Assembly: GCA_028023455.1 (NCBI GenBank)
Contig: JAQFVV010000006.1
Coordinates: 2,480,001-2,544,000, forward strand
From: Epiperipatus broadwayi
Lineage: Eukaryota; Animalia; Onychophora
Direction: 5' to 3'
DNA length: 64,000 nt
The notes beneath the pieces were generated by a model. The model worked only from the letters and a program-made list of their open reading frames with translations. It did no database searches and was not told where the DNA came from. The position numbers and the translations under genes were made by a program. Numbering within the stretch: position 1 is the first letter of the stretch; each line of letters starts with the position of its first letter. Of the stretch, positions 1-11,194 are shown piece by piece.

Positions 1-199
1 TATATTATTATTATTATTATTTTTTGCTTTGGTTACTATTTGTAATAAATTTAGATTGTTAAAAGTTTACTAGTTGGAAGATCATTTCAAATAAATATTA
101 CTGACTAATACATATGTGAAATCTCACTACCAGATTAATACATAACTATCGATTATTTTTGCCCTAGGATTTTTAATATAAAGATAATAAACTAGGAAA

Positions 200-1010
200 T
201 CTAAAGGTTGCTAGATGAAAACTCAATTTATCACTTCTGGTATTTTGAATATCATATGATTTCAAGCAATGCACTATTGAATTACAAAACTCAATCTGTT
301 ACTCCTAGTACTTGAGCATCATGTGATACACAACAACTAACTATTATATTTACTTATGCTGTGTAATGCAATGATAAAACTCAAAATCTAAACATTTTTG
401 AATCATTGCCATTCCTGAGACCTGGACATCAGCTGACCTTGAGCTAGGAACCATTAAAATTCTTGTGCCATTTAATGCTAGGATAGAAGCACAAATTGTG
501 AATTAAAAGATTTTGATGAAAATCAAATCTGTGATGGGTGTTTGAACAACTGTTAGATTACATTTGCTCTTGACTGTTTAATGCAAAGGTAAAATGCTTA
601 ACTCTGGATCTGAAGCATTCATGGATCAAACACGATCTTGTGATGCTTGGATGTTTTAACATCACATTATATGGTTTTTCTATGCATTTAATGCAAAGAT
701 TGAAAGATAAACTCAATAAAGTTTCTGAATCAAACCTAATTTGTGATCCCTGGGCCAGGATATCATGTGATCTTGAGTAAGTAACCATTAGACTGCTTTT
801 GCTCTGTGCTGTTTAGTGCAATGATAATGTGACATACTTGAGATACAACTACTGCATCAAAACTCAACCTGTCACTCCTGCTACTAGAACAGCACATCAT
901 CTCAGTTAACCACTAGATTATTTTGTCTTATGCTGCTTGAGGCAAAGTAGAGTGATGGATTCAAGATCTGAAAATTCCTGTATCAAACTCAACCTGCCAC
1001 TTATAAGGTT
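200..1010. repeat. Highly diverged tandem-like repeat region (recurring tttaatgcaa...aaactcaa motifs)
   Basis: Motifs such as aaaactcaa(t/c)ctg and tttaatgcaa(a/t)gat recur several times at irregular spacing. Similar sequence occurs near 51180-51420. Confidence 0.4.
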
Positions 1011-2344
1011 TAAGATAACCTAACCCTGTTATAATCCAACTTATTGAAAGCAGTAGTATAGTATAAAGCAGAAAAATGATATAAAACAGACAGCTGGAGA
1101 AAGAATAACAGCAAACTACATGTTTAATTAAAACATGTTTTTATCAGACAAATATGTATGTATGCATATGGTATGTACATATATATATATATATATAATT
1201 AAATAGTTTTTTCAGACAAAAGTAAATACTGATAATTTTATATTGTTGATGTATCACAGTGTAATTAGACAAAACATCATTTAAAAGCTAGCATAACAAA
1301 TCATGCTATCTAGCAATAGTATATACCTAAACCATCTTTAAGTTAAAATTGGAGGCCCTTAATATATTACCCTAGAATTTATAAGAGTTGTAGATTAAAA
1401 CTAATACTTTGCATTATAACACTTCTTTCTAAATATTTTCACAAGTAAACAAATTTCTCCTTTAAAAAATTGTATATAATAAAAAAAATTGTATATAATA
1501 ATTAAATTGTAATGGACTTTTTGTTGTAGGCATTGATGATTTGATGTATTTTTTATACGTTTATTAAGATTAATTTCATCTATGATGTAAACAGATAACC
1601 ACCCAATTAAAAACTTGCATTGCAAACCAAAATTATATTTTTTATTAATAGTATTTGACTGACCCTCTTTTAATAAGCTAAAGGTGGAATCAATTTTCAG
1701 TTTATTAGCCTAGATTTTAAAAGATTAATTGTTTTTCATATTGGTAGTATTTAGGTATGGACTGCTTTTATGTATTTACATTTATTTATAAATAAATCAC
1801 CAACTCTGTTCCAAATATCCAACATGTATATAAATATTACAGAGAGTAAAAAGTTTTAAAATAAAAATAAATACTAATTCACTAAGCACTTTCGTTACTG
1901 TATACCAGATTCATGGTGACTAATTTAAACTGAAGGGTTAATATTCCAGTTCATGCTCAATGGAACACTCATATTACATTAATTAATGATGTCATTAAAC
2001 TTAGCAATAAACAGCCTTTTTCAACTTTAGGCTCATTGCAAATAGCACTAATTATATGAGGAAAACATTCGTTCCCATTAGTTTTCTTATGATTAAAATA
2101 TGCTTAGATTTTATTTTAGATTTCCTATATTGATAAACATATTGCCACAATCTTATTGATATATTAGCCTTCCTTTCTGCATAATAAATAGCATTACAAC
2201 CAGACTCTAAGCAAATAATTGAATATACAAACAACTTCATATTTATCATCACCATCCACAGTATCTTTTGAATTACTTATCAACCTATTTAAACATAAAG
2301 GTTGATATATTATTTCAAAGGATAATGTAGATGGTGATGATAAA

Positions 2345-2673
2345 TATGGAGTTGTTTGTATATTCAATTATTTGCCGTGAGTCTGGTTGTAATGCTATTT
2401 ATTATGGGGCAGCAAAAGCTAATATATCAACGAGGTTGTGGCAATATGTTTTATCAATATAGGAAATCCAAAATGGAATCTCAGGTTAATTCAGTATTTT
2501 TTAATCATGAGAAAATTAATGGGGATGAATGTTTTCCTCATATGATTAGTGCTATTTGCAATGAGCCTAATGATAGGAAGAGGAAGTTGAAAGAAGCTTG
2601 GTTTATTACTAAGTCTAAAGATGTCTTTAATCAACATAATATGAGTCCCAGTGATCATGCACTGGAACATTAA
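2345..2673 (+). pseudogene. Frameshifted PLE GIY-YIG endonuclease C-terminal domain
   Basis: Combining frames and the minus-arm ORF 2052-2255 gives GVVYSIICxESGCNAIYYG..KANISTRL..Y.YQYRKSK...KRKLKEAWFI...VFNQ*. This matches the PLE GIY-YIG pattern VY.I.C..C...YxG, R, E, N. Confidence 0.8.
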
Positions 2674-2691
2674 CAATTCAGTTTAAATTAG

Positions 2692-2731
2692 TCATCATGA
2701 ATTTATTATCAGTACTGAAAGTGCTTGGTGA
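2692..2731 (+). ncRNA. Decayed variant hammerhead (A3/U8 core) in PLE pLTR; mirror copy at 1879-1919 (-)
   Basis: TCATC ATGAAT..GTACT GAAA GTGCT T GGTGA. Helix I is TCAYC/RGTGA and helix III is AGTGCT (AGCGCT after CpG decay). Confidence 0.6.
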
Positions 2732-3414
2732 TTAATATTTATTTTTTATTTTAAAACTTTTTACTCTGCATAATGTTTATATATGTGTTTGGCTTTATTA
2801 TCATCTGCTGATTAAAAGTTATAATTGACTATTTGTTTAACCTGCTTTGAAAACAGGTTATATTTGCATGTTTAGTCAGGTTTATTTAAACTTCTTTGAA
2901 TTAAAAATCTCACTCTGTTTAGTTAAATTGTAATCTTTAGGTATATAAACACATTGGTCCATAGATAAGGATAGATATCCATATTTATTGTAAAAAGGAG
3001 GTTGCCTTGACAACAGATTGAGATTCTTATTAGTATTGTTTAGGTGTAGACTGCTTTAATATATTTACATTTATATATATGTAATTGATATGGAAGTTAT
3101 GATCATTTCTTATATATATATATGTGTGTGTGTTAAGGGTGTTAGTGTAAGTTGTTTACAAAAACAAGTTTTGCAATCTATGTAATAATAGAAAATTATA
3201 GCTAGTCAATTTTCTAGATCATTATTTGATGTAATTTTCCAATTTGAGTTATTCCTTTAACAAAATTTAACATTTAAATTTTGAAGGGCTTTAATTACTT
3301 TAGATGACAATCTTTTTTTATGAAAAGGCCCTAAGAAGAACTTCATTCATCTTTGAAGATTTTATTGGATGTAATTTTATCTATTTAAAAGTTAGTAGAA
3401 TGAAATATTTCTAG

Positions 3415-3517
3415 TTTTTTTTAAGTGTCATAGCATCGGCCGGCACGCGAACCCGCAACCTGAGCAACTGCCTGCAAGTGCAAGGCAGTCGTGCTGACCT
3501 CTAGACTACCAATGCAA
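3415..3517 (-). mobile_element. tRNA-Gly-derived SINE
   Basis: Minus strand GCATTGGTAGTCTAGAGGTCAGCACG...GCGGGTTCGCGTGCCGGCCGATGC followed by the family tail tatgaca and an A-run. Contains A and B boxes. Confidence 0.8.
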
Positions 3518-3539
3518 GATGAATATTTATTTAAATTTC

Positions 3540-4320
3540 ATTTTCAAAATTAAGAACTAATTTAGGGTTAGACAGTGTTAAAGAAAGAAAAATAAAAGTT
3601 AAAAAAAATTATTTACTGGAGTAGATAAAAAAGTCATGCTTGTTAACCAGTAGAAATTGTTTCTGTTTTGCTGTAACAAACTTTTTAGGACTTGTCTTCT
3701 TAGAAATAGATATTTTAAAATAAAAAAAATCTACTTCTAATCATGTAGTTTTTTTGTTATTTTACAAAAAGATTGCATAAATAATGTTTAATATGTAAAC
3801 AAATTACTGAAAATTACAATTTACATAAATTAACATATGTTTTTGAATATTTTGTCTTGGGCTAAACAATCCACTAATCAGAAATTGCCATTTTTATTGA
3901 CATCAGAATTGGACATGTGTAACAGCTTTCTTATACAAATTAGACATCATAATTGTATAAAAGTTCATATAATGCTGACATCTTCAGATTTTTTTCAATT
4001 AATAATTTTAAAATGGTAACTGCAGTGAAATAAAGCTTTACATGGTAACATAAGATTTGGATATGCTTAAAACAATGCAGAGAAGATATTGCAATTGCAA
4101 TACCACTGTGATGCCAAAAATAGCAACAAATTTGTAGCATTAAGATAGTTTTTGCATATAATATCAAAGTGCACTGTTAGTGCATTTCTTGCCATGCCTG
4201 TGACCTGGAGTTTGAATTCAGGCTGAGTACATTTGTTTTTCAACAAACTTGGGATTTTTTCAGAAAAGAGAACTAGATAATCATCCTCCCATATTAACAA
4301 TTTACACCATATTTGTTGGA
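3540..4320. repeat. Interspersed AT-rich repeat of unknown class; related copies at ~23480-24470, ~45070-45580 and ~56560-56900
   Basis: Shared segments, e.g. atgctgacatcttcagattttttt / gatgtcagcattatatgg and aaacaaattactgaaaattacaatttt, in both orientations. Confidence 0.55.
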
Positions 4321-4440
4321 AAATGAATATCTAACTATTTTAGCTAGAACTGAAATCTCATGTGCAATGTGGATAGACATAGCAAGCAATGGTTACTCTA
4401 TCAGAATCCTGTAAATACCTATATATATATATATATATAT

Positions 4441-5565
4441 ATGTTCAAAAGATGGCGCTATACCAAAACCGCCGAACAAGTGTAAGATTTGTTTTACATA
4501 AACGAAAAAAGAGTCAGAAATTAACTACCTCTTTCATTTGCTCACCTCCAGATCAGCTGATTTCAAGCTGGTTTGCTCTCCTCAGTGGGGGATAGAGTAT
4601 AGAAACTAGATCTAAAACACTGACTCTCAAGTGTTTATGCAAAACGTTTCTATCAGATTGCAGCATGAATTTTCAGACCGGTAAAGTCTTCAAACTCAGC
4701 CTAGCAAGCCAGATATTTATATGGGTCTGATCTCAGTTCAGAATCACCATATAATCAAAGTCTCTGCAATATATATCATTGCAAGAAAACTTTAAAGGTA
4801 CATTTATGAAAAACAAAAACAAGTTAATCACGTAACCTGCTATCACTTGTTATTTATGTTCAAAAGATGGCGCTATACCAAAACCGCCGAACAAGTGTAA
4901 GATTTGTTTTACATAAACGAAAAAAGAGTCAGAAATTAACTACCTCTTTCATTTGCTCACCCCCAGATCAGCTGATTTCAAGCTGGTTTGCTCTCCTCAA
5001 ATGAAAGAAGTAGTTAATTTCTGACTCTTTTTTCGTTTATGTAAAACAAATCTTACACTTGTTCGGCGGTTTTGGTATAGCGCCATCTTTTGAACATAAA
5101 TAACAAGTGATAGCAGGTTACGTGATTAACTTGTTTTTTGTTTTTCATAAATGTACCTTTAAAGTTTTCTTGCAACGATATATATTGCAGAGACTTTGAT
5201 TATATGGTGATTCTGAACTGAGATCAGACCCATATAAATATCTAGCTTGCTAGGCTGAGTTTGAAGACTTTACCGGTCTGAAAAATTCACGCTTGCAATC
5301 TGATAGAAACGTTTTGCATAAACACTTGAGAGTCAGTGTTTTAGATCTAGTTTCTATACTCTATCCCCCACTGAGGAGAGCAAACCAGCTTGAAATCAGC
5401 TGATCTGGGAGTGAGCAAATGAAAGAGGTAGTTAATTTCTGACTCTTTTTTCGTTTATGTAAAACAAATCTTACACTTGTTCGGCGGTTTTGGTATAGCG
5501 CCATCTTTTGAATATAAATAACAAGTGATAGCAGGTTACGTAATTAACTTGTTTTTGTTTTTCAT
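4441..5565. mobile_element. Young non-coding PLE-type pLTR element: ~416-bp unit, partial tandem copy, then inverted copies (1.1-kb palindrome), flanked by (TA)n
   Basis: 4441-4856 is repeated from 4857 to 4999. 5000-5565 is its near-identical reverse complement. It carries three HHR copies. Confidence 0.9.
5367..5409 (+). ncRNA. Minimal type-I hammerhead ribozyme, canonical core; copies at 4546-4590 (-) and 5'-truncated 4961-4999 (-)
   Basis: CCCA CTGAGGA GAGC aaacca GCTT GAAA TCAGCTGAT C TGGG. Helix I CCCA/TGGG, helix II GAGC/GCTT, palindromic helix III ATCAGCTGAT, AUC cleavage triplet. Confidence 0.9.
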
Positions 5566-7254
5566 ATATATATATATCAAAAACCAGTCAACACTTAGAC
5601 AATCCCAACATCAATAACAATCAACAATTTCTAACCGTTAACAAGACAATCTTTTTTTAACGATAAGGATGGAATATATATATATTAAAGTAGATAATAA
5701 ACATGATGTGCATTAACCAAAGAACCACGGGCACAAATATTCCTTCAAGTTTTTAATGTGGAGTTATATATGAGATATAACTAAACAAATTATTGCCAAT
5801 ATTTTTATTTTTTTTATTATATATTGTTATTTCACACACATTAATAACATTGCTAAATTAAGGTCTACCATTAACTATCATTCGCATAACTCTAGTAAAT
5901 GTTTGTTTTAATAAAGTAGTTGTACATACATACTAGTAATGCATGTTGTTACTGCCATATATTGCACCCCTGTTCTTTTGCATACAACACTGACATTTAT
6001 ATTTTTGTAATCATTCTTAGTACTTCAATAAAATTTTGTTTGATTTTCTATTATCCTTTTTTTTTAGTGTAATTGAGCAAACTATCAAAACCTCACCACC
6101 AGGAAATTGGCAAGTCCTGAGAGGGTGTTCTGCCTGTTCTTGAACTATTTCTTTATGTAGATCTATTGGAAAGATGTATGCTGTGCATTGGGCCATTTTT
6201 GTGTTGTTTTAACTTAACCATTACTTATCTATAATCTTTACACTTTAGGTTATGGGATTAGAATGGGTTACTTTTATATACACATCTTTCAATGCCCATA
6301 GGGTACTTCTGGAAACAATTGTGTTTATTGATGTTGATTTTTACTTATTAGTTCATAAATGGTGGCAAGTAAGAGCAAACTTCCGTTGATGATGATCAGG
6401 TCCCCAGTATTGTATTTCCTAATCGTTCTACTTCCCTTCAGTCAGAAAATATAACGAATATATATATATAATTTATGGCTGATTACTTTTATACGGTTTA
6501 ACGATTTGTTTGGAGATCTTTAAAATGTAATGTCAGTTTTTCTAACGATAATGTTAACTATAGTTTTTGATATCTGATAAAATGTCAATTGTTGAATTGT
6601 CTTGAAAAGGTAAAAAAATAAAAATAAACAAACATTTTCTAGCATTTCACATTGACTTTTTTATGTTTATTTTCCAAGAATATTAAAATTCAAATGCGAG
6701 GTATTATTATGCAAATCTAAGAATATTTTCTTTTTTAGCTTTTGAAAAACATCGCCGAAGATTATTAAAAGTAAAATGTTAATTTTTCAACATTAGCAAT
6801 TTGATTTAGAAGCGGAAAAAATAATGATAATAAAAACATAGTTTTAGAATTTTATATTCATTTTAAAAGTTCAACACACTTGTATGTGTGCAGCATTTGA
6901 ATACTGTTAATTTATCGTACAAATTGTTCACTCCATTATTTTTTGCATATTTGTAAAGTCCTATAAATATCTTAATATTTTATTGTGAATTTGAGGATAG
7001 ATTTTGCAGTAAAGGTAGTTGTTTTACTTTATGGAAAATACAAGAAAACTAAGGAAATACAATTTTGATCACTCTTTTTGGTAAGATGGATGAGGATAGA
7101 CTAAATGTTCAAGTTAAAAGATAGCATTATAAAGTAGATAGAATTACCGATCGGCATATTCTAAATAGTGATGCCAAAATATCTGATGTACCAATGAATA
7201 CTGCTTCAGTTATACGCTATTCAAAAACAAAGTAAACAAACAAAAAATATAATA

Positions 7255-7870
7255 ATTTGCTATCTACATATACTGAATAATGGTCAAGATATGTGTAAGA
7301 GATTGTGGTCTAGGCCAACTGATGAGTGCTGGTTCAGTATGAAATGTGTATCGTGGAAATCATACATCTTTTTCACTTGTCTTTTGTCATATGTTTATGA
7401 TTACACCCTCCGTAAAGTATTAAGAGTGGATAAAAACCAGTCCCCACTTTGCATGAGAGTTCTGTAGTGAAAATTATGCTACAGAAATACTATTCATTAA
7501 GTGGATGATTTCTAATCTAATGAATGATTAATAAAATTTATTAATATACTTCGGACAAGTAGTTTGTGTCGAAATTGTGAGAATAGAAAGTTCGATGCTT
7601 ATCAAACTGTATTAATTTCCCTATCTATATTTACTGAACATATAAGTGTAAGAAAATATGATCTGAGTAAACTGATAAGTGCTGATTCAGCACAAAATAT
7701 GCATTCTTAGTGGTTATATGTTTATAATTACATCCTTGTAAAAGGTGTTAAAAGTAGATAGAAATGAGTCTCAACCTGTGTGAGAGTAGTGTAGCTAAAA
7801 TTACACTACAGAAATATTATCCATTATTTGTTAATCTCTTGTCTAATGAATGACTAATAAAAATTAATAT
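7255..7870 (+). mobile_element. Retrozyme-like ~353-bp tandem unit (about 1.7 copies), one HHR per unit (7315-7356; ~7668-7712)
   Basis: CCAA CTGATGA GTGCTG gtt CAGTAT GAAA TGTGTAT C, repeated in decayed form 353 bp later along with the surrounding sequence. Confidence 0.75.
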
Positions 7871-8079
7871 ATTAACATTTTATGATTCTATATCACCAAA
7901 CTATATTTCAGTGGCCATTTTTGATGTTTTTAACACTCTTGGTAACTAATACGATTTTGTTTAATTAACTTTATCTTTTTCATGTGAAGTATGTTGAAAG
8001 GCTTAGATATTTTTTTCTTTGTTTTTTTTTAAAATTTTTTTTTTCAAAAGTTTTATTTGATGAAATGCTTTATAAGTAT

Positions 8080-8810
8080 AATTTAAAAATATAAAATATA
8101 AAATGTGCTAAAATGCACCAACACACAAAGCTGAAAACAAAGAAATATTAATACAGATTGATACAAACTAAATATCTCTATCTAACTATGTGGTTAAGCA
8201 CTTTCGAGGGCCAGAGTCCTCATATTCATAGCTTTCACACACCCCCAACTCCAAAAAAACTAATCAATAATACCAAAGACAGCTTACCACCTTCGCTAAT
8301 ACCTCAGGTAGTTTATAATATTGACTGCCCTGAAACACATTGTATGGCATCGTATTATGGTTAAACCAGGAACTTTTTTCCACTAAGCTATCTCAACACA
8401 CATACTCCTATAATAAAGCACTAACAGACACTTCTTGTAATTCAGTTTTTGCACAGCATTGCAGCTTAGCTGGTCATGATTGCCTACCTAAAGACCTAGT
8501 GGTTATTTGCAGAGCAGTCCAATCTCAAGAGATAGATCAAAGAAGCTTACTTTATCACTAAAGATAACTTAATAAACAGAAAATACTTTTGTTATAAGAT
8601 CTCCAGGAAATGGAATATGTAACTATCTCATTTGCATCATTCTTAATCAATTTATTTATTCACAAGATAGCTATGAATATGAGGACCCTGGCCTTCGAAA
8701 GTGCTTAGCCACATACTTAGATACAGATATTTAATTTTTATCAATTTGTATTAATATTTCTTTATCTTCAGCTTTGTGTGTTAGTGCGTCTTAGTGCATT
8801 TTATATTTTA
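8080..8810 (+). mobile_element. 5'-truncated PLE: inverted pLTR (8080-8235), GIY-YIG remnant (8240-8600), pLTR (8665-8810)
   Basis: ORFs 8158-8364 and 8340-8561 give QVVYNIDCPETHCMASYYG*TR...LSQHTYSY...VFAQHC. The two flanks are inverted repeats of each other. Confidence 0.85.
8670..8709 (+). ncRNA. Variant hammerhead with AUGAAUA core (A3-U8); mirror copy 8192-8233 (-)
   Basis: GCT ATGAATA T GAGG accctggc CTTC GAAA GTGCT T AGC. The mirror copy has helix II GAGG/CCTC. Confidence 0.75.
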
Positions 8811-9000
8811 CACTTTGAAATAATTAGCCACAAAGTCTAAACTCTTTGCTTATTTAAGTATAATTTAAGAGAATTTATACTTTCCTAATGAATTTAAAGT
8901 TATTGATTTGTAGTGAAAGAAATATTCATAATTAGAAGGAGGCCATATGTTCAAAAAGAATGATCTATCAATGAAATCATGAAAAGTATATTAGTTTTAT

Positions 9001-9135
9001 AGTTGTATGAGTTACTATATTAATAAGACAATGAATTCATTGATTACATGGTAGGAACCAGTAAGTATTATAGTTGTATGAGTTACTATATTAATAAGAC
9101 AATGAATTCATTGATTACATGGTAGGAACCAGTAA
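9001..9135. repeat. Near-perfect tandem duplication, period ~71 bp
   Basis: agttgtatgagttactatattaataagacaatgaattcattgattacatggtaggaaccagtaa occurs twice. Confidence 0.9.
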
Positions 9136-9799
9136 AATGTTTCTGGTAGATACTTCATTGCCCATTTTATTTAAAAAAATAAGGCTAACCTACATTAATG
9201 TTAATAACCACTTTTTAAAAAAAAAAAAATTGTTTATATTGTAATCTTAATTTGTATACATATACTATACACATAAATAAGCATCTGTGTTATACATATA
9301 TGCACTTATTGAAAGGTGCGCATTACAGTGCAATAAACAATAAATATTGTAAACAAATCTTAAAGATGAAATGTGAGTCTATTATCTCTATTAATAATAT
9401 ACTGGGGGGGGGGGGAGAGTTGGAACAAAATATTGCATGTTATGGTTTCACTATATGTGGAAGTATTTATTATTCATAATTACCATAAATGTTATCAATT
9501 TTTTAAGACTTTGATTTGGGGAGAGGTGGAATAGCGATGCTTACTTATAAGAGTGTAATGATGCTAGCCCTGTTCTTTAGAGCAACTCTTAAATTTTATT
9601 TGTAACATTTCAAATGACAAATACACAATGTAATAATCCAAAGTTCTATCACACACTGCTTACAATTTTTGATAGCTGTTATGCAAAACATAGCAGAATA
9701 GAGGTGCACCCATGTCCCAGAACATAACAGAATACAGCTTTTCCCATATTTACTGACATTTGATTTAACATCTCATGGATAATAATGAACTGTATATAA

Positions 9800-10130
9800 T
9801 ATGCTTTGAATTTATCCGCTCTACTTTGAATACTTTTTAGCAATAGTTTTTATTGTACATATATGCATATGCAATCTTTGTTTCGACTCTTCTGCAGTCT
9901 TCTTCAGAGCCACACAATTAAAGTAAATGTGGATCTGAAGAAGTTCACAGGACAGTCAAAACAAGATTGGCTCTGAAGAAGACTGCAAGACAGTCAAAAC
10001 ATAAGATTGTATATGCATGTGTACAGTAAAAGGTTTTTGCTAAAAAGAGTTCAATGTAGAGTGGATAAATTGAATTTTTATATAAGATATTACAGCAAAA
10101 TAAAGGAAGTGATGAATTTGGTAATATAAT
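9800..10130. mobile_element. Fold-back element with three CUGAAGA HHR cores (9878-9911 -, 9935-9965 +, 9973-10005 +); same family as 56270-56500
   Basis: CTGAAGA A GACT..AGTC GAAAC with helix II GACT(G)/(C)AGTC. The arms are inverted repeats. Helices I and III are poorly supported. Confidence 0.7.
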
Positions 10131-11194
10131 ATGCTTATTGAACATATATTATTTTATAGAGAAACTTAACTCCAATACACAGACCGTAATAATAATAATT
10201 CACAAATCAAATCTTAATATAATCATTTTAACAAACTTGTAAATATCCCTCACTTTCTTGTATCAATGTTAATTTAATTATTAGAAACAAAATGGTCCAC
10301 TTTTATAAGTTTGTTGGAGCCTAACTAGTGAATTATTATTATGGTTTGGGCATTGGAGTTAGTCAGCCCAAATAATTATATTATTAGTGCTACACTTCTA
10401 ATAGATATTGTTTATTATATGCATTTTATTAAACTTATGGTAATTTTAATTTAAATGTTTTGCATATTTATATTCACACCTATGATACAATTTAATGAAA
10501 AAAAATAAAAGGGACAGTCTTAGTGCAGTTCATTCACACTGTCCCTCATCATTGAATCGACCCTTCAGTCTAATGATGATGATAAATTATTAACAAATAA
10601 ATAGAATAATGCATTTACAAAAATGGCAGTTACAGTCCATAGAGAGCGAGCAATACATGACTGTCTGCATGTCCAATGAAATGACTGGGTGAGAAATAGT
10701 TAATAATGAAAATATGGATGGAGAATTTGTTATGGGGGAAGGAAGCAGAGATCATTGTGCAATTAATTAATTTTTGAATAGGCTTTCGGTTGAAGTTTTA
10801 ATAGTAATTTGGAAAACATGGGAAGATATATCTAGAATATGAAGAATACCATAGCCTTTATTGGAAATACAATTAAAATTATTTTAAAAATGAAATTAAG
10901 AGTGCCATGGTGTTGTATGTCACTACCTGAGGTTCAATTCCCAGTTGAATGAAATTTGGAAATTCTACCTTTTCATGAACAAGTTTGGGATTAGTTCTTT
11001 GGATAATCAGAATTTGCTTGACCCAAATGGTCATCTAGTTACAGGTCAAGAAATTGGCAAGTAAAAGATAAAAACATTTATAGGTCATCTATCTGAAAGA
11101 AAAAAATCAAATTTACTCAGTCCCGTTTTAATCCCATATCATTGATATTGATTACAAAATACAATTTTATGCTTGAGTAAAGATATACATTTCT

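Larger units (their letters stand above)
1820..2790. mobile_element. Penelope-like element 3' fragment (GIY-YIG endonuclease plus pLTR) duplicated as a fold-back palindrome centred near 2290
   Basis: 1820-2285 is the reverse complement of ~2295-2790. Both arms encode a decayed GIY-YIG domain and are followed by an HHR-like motif. Confidence 0.85.
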
